Source of the DNA: Psammoneis japonica
Lineage: Eukaryota
Reading direction: 5' to 3'
DNA length: 64,000 nt
Assembly (NCBI GenBank): GCA_008632985.1
Contig: QPGO01000032.1
Span: 121,330 to 185,329 of the forward strand
Of the stretch, positions 1-10,199 are shown one piece after another. The position numbers were made by a program, and so were the translations under genes. The notes beneath the pieces were generated by a model. It was not told where the DNA came from, did no database searches, and saw only the letters and a list, made by a program, of their open reading frames with translations. How positions within the stretch are numbered: position 1 is the stretch's first letter; each line of letters starts with the position of its first letter.

Positions 1-59
1 GAACATTTGCTGAAGACCATTTTGGAGCGACGAATGACAAGGACATTGGAGGAGGGCCG

Positions 60-1028
60 ATGAACCTTGTTCGAGCCGCAATTGAGGAAGCCAAACAGAA
101 ACCCAACACAAGAGTGATTTTCAATGCCAGACAAAAGAGGCAAATTGGCAAAAGAGCTGATCACGCAATGAACAATGGCCAGGTTCACAAAGTGAGACGG
201 CTGACAGCAAAGGAGCTAACAAAGGAGGGGCTTGCAGCCGATGATGATTTTGAAGGTCCGGAGGGAACGCCAGCATTCGTGGGGGTTGGCACAAGGAAGA
301 AACCGTGCTGTTGCACCATGGAGTGGGCAAGAGCCAATTTTCAGCAGCGATGCCCCACAGTGTACAAGGCCATGTGTGATTGGGAACCAGGGAAGAAATG
401 GCACAGACTGCCGGAGGGTCACGTGTCAGATAAAAGCGGGCTGGAATTTCCCAGCTCGGGACCCCCAGTCAAACATCAACAAGGGGAGAAAGACACGTGC
501 GTGTTTTCGAGCCTGGCCAGTGTCCTAAATTACATTGGAGATGAAAGGATGGAGCGATGTGTTGTGAGTTGCATGGATCATTCTTGCAGATCAGAGAACA
601 CCAACAACAAATGGTTGGAGTTCGCCATTGGCATGTTGTTGGGACAAAAGCAGAAGCTTTGTCCTCCACTGGCTGCATCAATGAAGTGGCATGCATGCAA
701 GAAGCGTCAGAAAATGGCAGCTGGCAAGAGAGGATTCTTCGATTTGACCACCCACGTTGCCGATGACATCGTTCTTTGTCGGTTGACAAACAATCACTGC
801 ATTGCTTTGCATGGTGGTTGGATCTTCGACTCCAGTCATGAATTCGCTCTTCCAGCAAAAGACATTCAGTGGTTGAATTGGTGTTCAGGGAATGACACAT
901 TTGAAATGGATGCACTGGTGGAAGATCCAAAATCAGCAGTGGAGGAAGCAGTTTTTTTTGAAATGCCGAAGGCTGTCCAAACAAGGTTGCGTAAACGCAA
1001 GCGGCAAGATGATGCAATTGCAGGTTAA
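60..1028 (+). pseudogene. TE-borne ORF with a papain-fold/C39-like cysteine peptidase signature, hypermutated, probably 5'-incomplete
   Basis: Q-x5-C (QQGEKDTCVFSSLAS) followed by H and D (NNHCIALHGGWIFDS), the order of catalytic residues in C39-like peptidases. Tyr is scarce, with C/H at likely Tyr positions. Confidence 0.4.
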
Positions 1029-1516
1029 TTCTTCTTGCTTGGCATGGTTGTCGGGGCCAACGATTTCCAGGCATGCAGGCGTTTGCGAGTCACCAATGTT
1101 TTGCTGACAAGCCCGGCCTTTTCTGCAGCACGCAACAGTTGGCACGTTTGCGGCAGTGTGCAAGGCTTCCCACCAAGGACATTCATCATGAGCCCCTTAG
1201 TTTGAAAACATGTGCCCGCGGGTTGATCCGCAAAATGACTGAGCAATTTGTGTGTGCCATTCATTTCCTCGTCCATGCACGGGTGTGCGTTTAACCAACA
1301 GCGGCATCCATCAACAATGCATTGGCTCACAAGAGGCTTCGTCCACTGATCGTGCTTTTGGACTTTCACGTTGTCCAATGGGGTGGCGCAAAGCAAAGGA
1401 AGGAAACGATTCTTGGTCGCTGGCGTCAGATCACTTCGTTTCACAGGAGCAAACACAAGCAAGCCGCTGCCCCACGCATCTTGCTCTGTCACTTTGAGTT
1501 TCTTTAGGACAGTTTG

Positions 1517-2398
1517 TCAACGCTCGGCTGTGAGATAAAACTGTAAAGTTGCAGTCTTCCATGTCATGATAATTTGTTTACAATCCATGCCCGTGGAGGC
1601 ACCACGATTGGGAAGAGATGATGTCATGCTGCAAAACCGATTGCAATGATCGGGTTTTGCTAAAACTGTGCCAGCTTGCAGCCATTTGCCCATGGCAACA
1701 CAGGCAACAGCATCAACAAAATGCTTGGGTTTAGCCAGGCATGACAGCATGCATCCACTGCGTCCGCCTGTCATAATTTCGTCAACAACAATCTTAAAGG
1801 AATGGTGGTGAGCCAACCAACCGAGAGATTCTAGAAAGTTGTCGCTGAGTGTTGCGCCATTGTTTGCCAGCATTGATTCTAAAAACAATGCAGTGATTGG
1901 CACCTTCTTTGCAGCCTGCATCAAACAACGGAGATGAATGTGGTTGAGACAATCGTTTTCGCACTCACTGAGCTCCGCGGAGCTCAGAGTGCCTGGCATG
2001 TGATGCGGCAGCGCAATGGTGTGATTGCGTGTAAAAGAGTTAAACACGTCGTCCGGGTGCATTGCCGCGCTCGGACCATGTTCTGCACTGAACGTGCTGG
2101 CAGTCCAACAGTGGATGGGCCCATGATCACCGGCCACATAACTTCCACATGCAATCAAACATCTGTCGTTGTGCCCTCCCGTCACAGAATTAATTGCAAA
2201 CAAATTTGCATCGGAGCCGTTTGGCATCACTTTGTACAGCAGCAATTCACCATCAAAGTGACGAAAAATGACTTCTTCTAACTGCTTGTGGTGGCCGATG
2301 TCCATGGAAGAATTCATCAAATCTTCGCCATTGCATTTTAAGCCACGCGGGCTAATGGCAACCAAATTGCACCCCCAATTGTTTGCCATGGCGTCCAT
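1517..2398 (-). pseudogene. Class-III PLP-dependent aminotransferase-like gene, hypermutated, inside the TE
   Basis: NGSDANLFAI resembles SGSEANEAA; ALFLESMLANNG resembles xxEPxxGxxG; IVVDEIMTGGRSG resembles LIxDEVxTGxGRTG; AMGKWLQAG contains the PLP lysine (xxGKxLxxG). Confidence 0.7.
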
Positions 2399-2948
2399 GG
2401 CATCGTTTGGGATTGTTCAATGTGCAAAAGAGCAAGATGCAAGATTCAAGAAGAGTCCCAAAAGATGATTGGATGGAAAAGAGGGGAGGGATCGCAGTTC
2501 TGTTGATGGGCTTACGCAGCGCAGAGGATTTGTGAAAATGAGGTGGAGCAACGCATGTGCTCTCAATCACCAAAAGCGCAAAACACGTGCATTCTGCTAC
2601 ACTGCGCATTTGCAGACAAGCCCTGTACGTGCCCAGGGCCCCACACATGTTCCACACGCTGAAAGAGCAGCACGCGCGCGCGCATGCACTCCCACCCAAT
2701 CGTGTGATTGCACGGTGCATTTCATTCAACAACGTAGATGAAGCGAGCACTTTAAAAAAGAACACACATGAAAAATCAAACTTTGGTTGTGGAAAATCAT
2801 ACGTTCAAAAGTGAACCAATGAGAACCCAATTTTTGTTTAAGGAAAATTTTGAGAACATGCAACCGTGACTTTGCAATTGTGTCAAACAGATTCGGCTCG
2901 TCCCGGACCATCCACAAGTGTAAAAAGCGATTAGAAGTCGAAAACACA

Positions 2949-5896
2949 ATGACGAATTCATTTCATCAGACACAGGTGTCGGTCGTCAGCCTTGATCTTA
3001 CAAACACATCGAGGGCAAACACTCCAACAGAGGGAAACACAACCCCGTCAAGGACAGATGTTGCAACAGCGGGGAACACAGGCAGGTGCATTTGAAATCG
3101 AAGTGTGCGTTTGGAAGCTAACATTGTGATCTGACATGCAGTGGGAAGCTTCTGCAACAAATCCAGGGGAAAAAACAACAGCACCCAATCGTCCATTGGA
3201 TCATCCAAGAGACTTTTTCCATCCGACGACAGGGGCCAACCCCACAAGACCAGAGGATGCTGCTCTTTTGTGGTCACACCGAAAGGCACGTCCACAACTT
3301 GGTGAGGTGGAGACGGTGCCGCCCAATGGCAAGAAGATGCCACAAGAGGTGGCACAAATCCGGTCGTCCCTTCGACAACACGTCATGACTCAACACCTGG
3401 AGGGCTGTCAGAAAAATGCAATGGACAAGGAAGTGGCAATGCCATCAACAAACACCAATCCCGTCACAACAGAAGACTTCAAAAACATTCTGGCAAGCAT
3501 GGACAACACAACCGAGAATCAGCAGCTCGTGCATCAAGTTTTCCACGCCTTTCATCGCAACAGAGGATGGCTGGCTGCTGCCATTGACAAATGGTTCACC
3601 GTAAACAACATGAAGCTCATGCCGCACGCCACGGACGCTTCCAGCAAACCTCGCAAAATGCATCGCGATGACAGAGGCGGGTTTGCTGTGGTGGCACGCC
3701 AAGCCAAATGTCAAATAATTAAAACGTTTGTGGAGTTCATGCTGCGGAAAGCAGGCTGGTGTGTGGCAACTACAATGCACAAGAGCAACAAGGAGAATGG
3801 AGGTAAAACATGTGTGGCCGTCCCCGCTGCAACCAATGCAGAAACAACAACCAAAGCAAAGTTTTACGTCATGTCGATGAAACCAGTGGCGGTGAGTTAG
3901 TCGCACATTGTTTGTTTGTCCTTTTGTTGACAATCTTGTTTGGTTGACGACTTCGTTCCCATTTCCGGTCCTTGACAGCAGGAGGAGAACACCGAAGCAT
4001 CAAAACAAGTTGCTCAGGGAGCATCCAGCAAAGACATTGACATTGCATCCCTTGTGGACCTTGCGAAAACAGCAAGCATGTTGTCAGAACAAATGGGAGT
4101 TCCGCTGTCCAAGGAAGATTTGCTCCAGTCGATTCGTGGCAGCATGACAGTCACCAGTTCATCCCAAATGGTCAACGAAGAGATTGTGCTTGATTCGCAA
4201 CATGAGTTCGAAACTCAGGTGTCAACACTGACCATGGACACCGTGCTAAATTGCCCATCCGAACCAACGGCAAAGCGGAAGTTAACCAAGAAGGAGAAGG
4301 AGGCAGAGCAAATTCCTCGTCGGGAGCGCAATGATGAACTAGAACCCCTCACCATGGATTTGGATGTCATCGATGGTTGGAATTCCAATGACGAAGAGTT
4401 GGCAGAAATGGTGTCACAGGTGACCACATGATTTGGTGGTCCAATTGCTGTGGTGTTGGATGGCTCTAACCAACTTCCGCTTTGATGCCTTGTTTGGCTT
4501 GTCAGACACAGTTGTCTGGGTCCCCTTGTTGCAGGACGGAACAAGAGCCCGGGAACGCTCCAGCGGTGAGAAAAATGCACTGTGTCATGCGGCTGAATTG
4601 CACGTCGCTCACACCACTGTTCTTCATGCAAAAGGTTGATGAGATGGACAAGCCAACTGGTGCAAAAGAAAAGGTGAGAGCATTGTTGGTGTTCCAGCTG
4701 TCAATTTGGACTGTTGCTCTAACAGCTCTTTGGCCTCATTGGGTTGCTGGATGCCACACCAAACCATCCCAGACAGTTGAAACACTGGAGCGAGCACAAA
4801 AAAAACAAGTGAGTGAACAGAGTTCTGAGGCAGAGTGCGACACATGGATTGGATCAACCAATCACACTGCTCCTGCTGTTCTTTGTGACCAGGCAAATGA
4901 GGTGGTTGACAGTGGCAATGATGAAAAGGTGAGAGCAATGTCAGTGCTCCAGTTGCAAATGAAACAATTGCTCCAACCACTTTGGGGCGTCATTGCTGGA
5001 TGCCAGACTCAACCATCCCCAGTTGCTGAAATGCCAGAGAGAGCACCACAGAAGACGGTAAGATCACATTGTCTTGCAGCCAATTGTGCAATTCATCGGA
5101 CACGTCTCACACAGCCATTGTTGTTTGCAATGAGAAAGGTCGAAGAGACAATGGCAAATGGCGCAAATGAAAAGGTGAGAGCATTGTTGGTGCTCCGGAT
5201 TGCCATTGAGAAGTTGATCTAACGGCATTCAATGTGTGTCATGATGGCATTTCTTTTGCAGACTCAACCAGCCAACCACTCTAAACCATTGTTAAATCCA
5301 TTGCAAAACAAAGCAGTGAGAATGCATGATGAAGTCGTGCGGATTGTGCGCAGCATCTTGGAAACATCACCTCTCACTTTGTTGTTTGTTTGCAACAAAG
5401 ACAAAGACAGCAAACAACAAATGCACACACAAAACTGCAACACTCGTTGTGGCTCAAGTGGATCAAACAACTGCTTGCAATTCGCAGGTGTAGAGCAAAC
5501 GTCATTGTTGATTTGGCACGCCTGTTGTTGTGTTGTCTTGTTCACGCACGCAAACCAATTGTGTTTGTTTGTTTGTGTTTGCAGTGCAAGTGCAAGGAGG
5601 CTCACTTGTTCCATGCCTTGGTCCATCAAGATGACGGAAAATATTTTGCTCAAGCGCACTTCAAAACCAACCCACTGTTCCCTGCAAAGTGCTGTGGCAA
5701 AAAGTGTGATGTTGTTTTTGGATCAAGCAGTTACAAGGTTGGACAAAGAAAGGCAGTTTGGGTTTGCATGAGCGCATTGAATGGTTCTTGCAATTGCAGG
5801 TTTGCATTGTGTGTGCAGTGTTGTCAAAAGACCATGTCAGCTGCATCTAACAAACGGCGCCGAAGGACAACCCGAAACAACAACAACAAACAATGA
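2949..5896 (+). pseudogene. Multi-exon TE-borne gene of unknown function ending in a Cys-rich (Zn-finger-like) exon
   Basis: ORFs 3136-3900, 4054-4431 and 5390-5896 are separated by intron-like stretches (CTAAC...TGCAG near 3118-3140; GTGAGT 3892 ... TTGACAG ~3978). The last exon reads CKC..H...CC..C...C....C.C....C..CC. Exon boundaries are approximate. Confidence 0.35.
4620..5265 (+). repeat. Three degenerate tandem units of about 250 bp (exon-intron-like)
   Basis: GAAAAGGTGAGAGCA(T/A)TG recurs at about 4668, 4923 and 5169, each time followed by similar sequence. Confidence 0.6.
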
Positions 5897-6024
5897 GGCA
5901 ACGCAACACATGCGCACGACGCAACACAATGTGCAATTGCTTGGGATTGATTTCACTGGCACAGTCAGGGTTCGGCGGATGTGTTTGTTGACAGAGTTGG
6001 TCGAAGCACAGCTTCGTAAATGAC

Positions 6025-6445
6025 AGTCATTCAGAGCATCAGCAAATTTGTTCATAGTTGTGATCTGTTTAAATGGAGAGGCTGTCGTCGTCCGTTGTTT
6101 ATTCAGAGCTTTGCTCTAGTTAAATGTCCGTTGTTTATTCAGAGCTTTGCTCTAATTAAATGGAGATTCCACGGGCATCCAAACATCATTCAGAGTCGTG
6201 CTCTGATTGAATGGACACAATCACAGCAGCGCTCTGAATGTCAGCACAATGCTCTAATTTACAAATTAATGCTCTGGATACAATGCTCTAAATAAAATTC
6301 TATGGCTCCGAATAACCAAATTTACTCTGATTGTGCTCTGCGTGGGCGTTATCGCCTTAATTAACTCTTATTTGCTCTGAATGTCCCACACTGTGTCGGG
6401 ATAATTTAAATAAAGCGTTGCTCAGAATAAAATATTCGGAGCATA
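6025..6445. repeat. Subterminal repeat array of the CACTG-ended element
   Basis: Many (T)GCTCT(G/A)A and TCAGAGC motifs in both orientations. Direct repeat GTCCGTTGTTTATTCAGAGCTTTGCTCTA(G/A)TTAAATG at about 6090 and 6126. Confidence 0.7.
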
Positions 6446-6470
6446 AATGAAGAGAATCTCATCTGCAGTG

Positions 6471-6785
6471 ACCTACCTACAGTATGAGGGACGAGAGGCA
6501 GGGACTCACTCGCTCTATCTACTCCTCTCTACGAGTACTACTCTCTAGCCAGCTCGCTAGAGAGTAGAGAGTACCGGTAGCTAGAGAGAGAGAGAGTAGC
6601 TACAGTACAGTAAAGCTACTACTAGAGCTAGCTAGTAGTACCGTAGCTAGAGTCTCTGCTCTACTAGAGAGGGCCTGAGTTGCAAAGTCGTCATGGGCGG
6701 CGACAGTCTAGCACCGGTAGCTAGAAGTACTCTCTAGAGCTATTCATAGAGAGGTCAGGTACACTGTAGTTGCTCTTTGTTACTT
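6471..6785. other. CTAG/AGCT/GTAC-rich low-complexity intergenic island
   Basis: Dense TAGCTAG, CTAGAGAG, AGTAC and GCACCGGTAG words. Extremely TpA-rich. Confidence 0.6.
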
Positions 6786-8293
6786 CTATTTGTTTGTTCG
6801 ACTCGCTCCAAAATCAGCCGTTAACCTTGGCCGTACTCGAAGCTTCATCAATTGAGATTCAAAGCTATGGCGGGACGCAAATACTAGAGCGTTTCCAGGG
6901 GCTAGATTCAAAACGTCCTCAAACACGTCATTGCTGACGGGCAGTTTCTGCCGAAGATAAGTCCACCAGTCCTGGCTGTGAAAGTGATGAAGCGCAGCAA
7001 TACTCACAAGTTCCAGTAATTCGGGTGCCAAAGCCTTTGGACTCTGAGTGCTTACGGCTAGACGAATGCCATCGTGTCGCATGAGTCGAGCCACGTTCAC
7101 AATGGCTTGACTCAAACCGTCACTCTTGATTCCGTCCATGAACTTGTGTGCCTCATCTAGAGCCAACAACTTACCGCCCTTGACGGGAATGGAACGAAAT
7201 TGTTCCGTAACTACTTGAAAGAGACTGTTTGCTTCTTCCTTGGAAAGAAGCGGGTCCGTCATGTCCACTATAATCAGATTCAACTCGGATGATAGAGCCT
7301 TGGAAATGTCAATGCTGTCATTAACAATATCCTCGTTCACTTCAGACTCTGCAATCATGGACTCCAGCAGTGCGATTCGTTGCTCGAGTGGACCAGACTG
7401 ACCCTTGATGTTGCACACCTCCTTGACTTCTTGGATGAATTGAGAAAAGTCGGGAACAACGCCACGTCGTTGATACCCGCGTAGTAGCGTCATGAAACTA
7501 GCAACATACAATTGGTTATCTCCCGTTTCGATTCTCATGACTCGCTTAATGTGGTCCGCCGTCAGTGAGCTCCATTTAAACAATAGAGGTCGCACCGTAC
7601 AATAGTCGCCGTAAAACGCCTTTCGCTGTTTGTAGTAGGTTGGCGATACTAGCACAACCGCCTTGGAACGCGGAACGCAACTCTGTGTCTTTAGGCGTGG
7701 ATTTGGTTCAAGAAGACCAGCAGCTTCACATACCGACGTTGTACTCTGATCATAGTGCAAGACAAGAGTTGTCATGGGCTTTTTCAGACAAACAACGTTG
7801 GCCGTATCTTCTGATAGCAAACAACTCTCTAGGAAGCAGCCGAGCGTATGAGACTTGCCGGCGCCTTGTACTCCAACCGCGGCCATGCAAAAGGGAATAT
7901 GCGAATTGATAAAGACGGGCTGTGGAGAAGAGTCGGGAGCTGACTCCATCATGTATCCAAGGAGCGCCATTTCTTCAAACGACGAGGAAGCTTTCTGGTC
8001 TCCACTTGATAGACGTGAATCCGACATGGCTTGTTGTGATTCAAAGCCTCCATTCAGCAACGTGGTGGATGGCTCGTCAGCTTTGCCCTTTTCTTCTTCT
8101 TCTTGTGATTTCTTTTTGTGGCAAATTCATAAAACGATCCAAAGGCATCCGGTAAGACAGGCTCTGCAACTTGAACGCTCATGGCTTTCTTGGTAGTCTT
8201 AGCCTTTGGCTGATTGACTTCCTGATGGGTAGATGATGATGCTTGTGCTTTCTTGGTCGATTTTCCTTCGTTCGCGAAACCATGTTAGGAGTG
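6786..8293 (-). CDS. HerA/FtsK/VirB4-like P-loop ATPase (3' part of a disrupted LOTUS-ATPase gene)
   Basis: 424-aa ORF 8060-6786 with Walker A GVQGAGKS, Walker B LLALDEAHKF and RHDGIRLAVSTQSP (R plus the STQ motif of HerA/FtsK). First in-frame ATG at 8027. The upstream linker is readable if one A is restored in each of two A-runs. Normal TpA/CpG content. Confidence 0.75.
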
Positions 8294-9766
8294 AGATTTC
8301 GGCATGTGGGAAGAATGAAAGAGGTGGCCGCCGGAGGCGGCCCAGAAGAATAAACTGAAAAGGAGAAAAGGAGAAGAGAGAGAGGAAAAGAAGGAAAAAG
8401 GAGAAAAAGAGAAGACGCTGTGGGGCTGTCAACTTGCGGCCCTTGGCTGGGCTTCTGCCTGCAAAGCAGCTTGTCTGTGACTTGAGGTGCTGCGGTTTTA
8501 CATGCTTGGCAGCAAAGCTCCCACAGCGTGCTGGAGAACTGTGGAGTTGTGCCAGTCTGTGGCACAGCTTGACAGCGGCATCTTTTGTGAGGAGTGCTTT
8601 GCTGCCAGCCCATCATGGCTTTTTGGGCAGCTTGTTTTCCAAGCCTTGCCCTGCCAGCTTGGTGGCCACTGCCGCGGATCTGTGTCTTCTTTGTTCTCCA
8701 AAATTCAGTGCACACTTTGGCAGGTTTGGCCCCAGCACTGTGTCCAAACAATTCTCTGAAGTTTCCAAGTGAGAAAACGCAGTGTCATCCTCTTTAAAAG
8801 ATCTTCACAAAGATCCCTGGCAACAAGCACTGGCCTTCCCCACCCATGCTGTCAGAAGTGCCTGCCTTGATGAATTCACAGCATCTCTCCCAAAGCATCT
8901 GTGGATGCTGCACCCAAATTTTGGCCCCGTGCATCACAAAATCTTGAGAGAATTTGCAAGATCCACCCCATCACGCACTGCCACCTTTGGGTTTCCAGTG
9001 CAGCCACGGCTTCTGCAGCAGGCTGTTAACAAACATGCAAAGCAAGTTCCCACTGGGACCTCAAATTGACCTGCAGCCTTCTTCATTCCGGCTGCACCCC
9101 TGCTTGAATTCTGGGTGGCCAGCTGAGCAAAACCTGGCTCTGTCTGTGTTTCTCAGTCCATGTTTCTGGCTTTGTCACATGTGGTGCAAAGTGCCCTCAG
9201 GAAAATGCTTGCAGTTGTGCTTGCCCAATGCTGTCCCATCAGCCAGTGCCTTGTGGCACAGCCCAGTGCTTTGCTTGCCAGCTCTCCACTGCAAGCTCCT
9301 TGTGGCTGGTCTGGTGTCTTCAAGAAGCAAACCACACACCCCATTCTTGCCCAAAGAGGGGGGGGGGGCAATCAGACCGATGCACAAGCCTGAAAGACAC
9401 CCTGTGTCATCAGGAGGTTCCACGATGAAAACGAGTGAGACGAATGAACAACACCACATCAGCTGCAACGTGTGAAGTGGGAGCGAGATTTTGCGAGCGG
9501 TCATCTGTTGTCTTGGTTGTTGCGAGTGTTGCGCGAAGTCTTGTTGATGTTGAATCTACGCCACAACATGCTGACTTTGTACGCCACAAAACTTCAAAAA
9601 TTTGTTGCTTTTGCACTGGGTCTACGCCACTGGGCGCACGCAGAATCTCATGTCAAAATCACGTACGCCACTGTGGTACAAAATTTGTGTGCACCCTGAA
9701 CCATTCTACGCCACTGGTGGCGTGGGCTCTGGTGTGTTTTTTACACTTCTGACTTGAATTTTAACG
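8294..9766. mobile_element. About 1.47-kb insertion flanked by a 7-bp direct repeat (AGGAGTG)
   Basis: AGGAGTG at 8287-8293 and 9767-9773. The interior is TpA-depleted. Removing it rejoins the LOTUS segment to the ATPase linker. No TIR recognised. Confidence 0.55.
9556..9723 (+). repeat. Five (C/G)TACGCCAC motifs ending in a hairpin
   Basis: Motif at 9556, 9579, 9622, 9663 and 9706. Inverted repeat ACGCCAC-TG-GTGGCGT at 9708-9723. Confidence 0.75.
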
Positions 9767-10030
9767 AGGAGTGGTCTGCAGCGACAGAGTGGCACCACTC
9801 CCTCTGCCAGTTTTGACAGGTTGAAATTCAATGGACGGAATGGTCTCTAGCAACTTTTTCAATTTCGAAAACCCGAGCTTCTTGTGGTCAAGCTTTTCGC
9901 CATGATGCTGCTTCTTGTGCAAATTGGGAAGCTCGCTTGCGTCCAAAGGCAAGTTTGATGCCACCAGCTCAACGATCCTGTTCTTCACGAGGCTGAGACG
10001 TGACTCAGTCATCCTTCTTTGGATTGGCAC
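9767..10030 (-). pseudogene. LOTUS (OST-HTH) domain segment, hypermutated
   Basis: LDASELPNLHKKQHHGEKLDHKKLGFSKLKKLLETIP fits the LOTUS consensus (l..l...Y....g..ldy..lGf..l..ll..ip), with His (CAC/CAT) at the Tyr positions. Confidence 0.7.
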
Positions 10031-10199
10031 AGCAGCTTGTTACGACAATGCCACTCTAGAGTTCTTGGCCGGCATTGCATTGCTTCGTTGGCACTTCTGA
10101 TGAGATCAGGCGAGTTGTGCGAAAGTGTGAGAAGTGACAGCACCGGCATGAGAAAGGCAGTTCTGGGTTCTTGATTGCTTTTCATTGGCAGGTTGTGCA

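Larger units (their letters stand above)
1..6470. mobile_element. Degenerate large DNA transposon, right end of a probable CACTA/EnSpm(CMC)-like element carrying cargo genes
   Basis: The TpA-depleted block ends at ...GAGAATCTCATCTGCAGTG (6470), which reads CACTG on the minus strand, a CACTA/CACTG-type terminus. It is preceded by about 400 bp of short subterminal repeats in both orientations. Composition switches abruptly after 6470. Neither the left end nor a transposase is visible. Confidence 0.55.

Noticed and set aside
6786..8060. Prokaryotic HerA/NurA defence or conjugation locus
   Set aside because: No partner nuclease or T4SS genes are present; neighbours are spliced eukaryotic genes.
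9556..9723. CRISPR-like or Helitron-end reading of the spaced motifs and hairpin
   Set aside because: The repeat is only 9 bp with irregular spacing, there are no cas genes and the context is eukaryotic. The candidate CTRR is very close to the hairpin, and a TSD argues against a Helitron.
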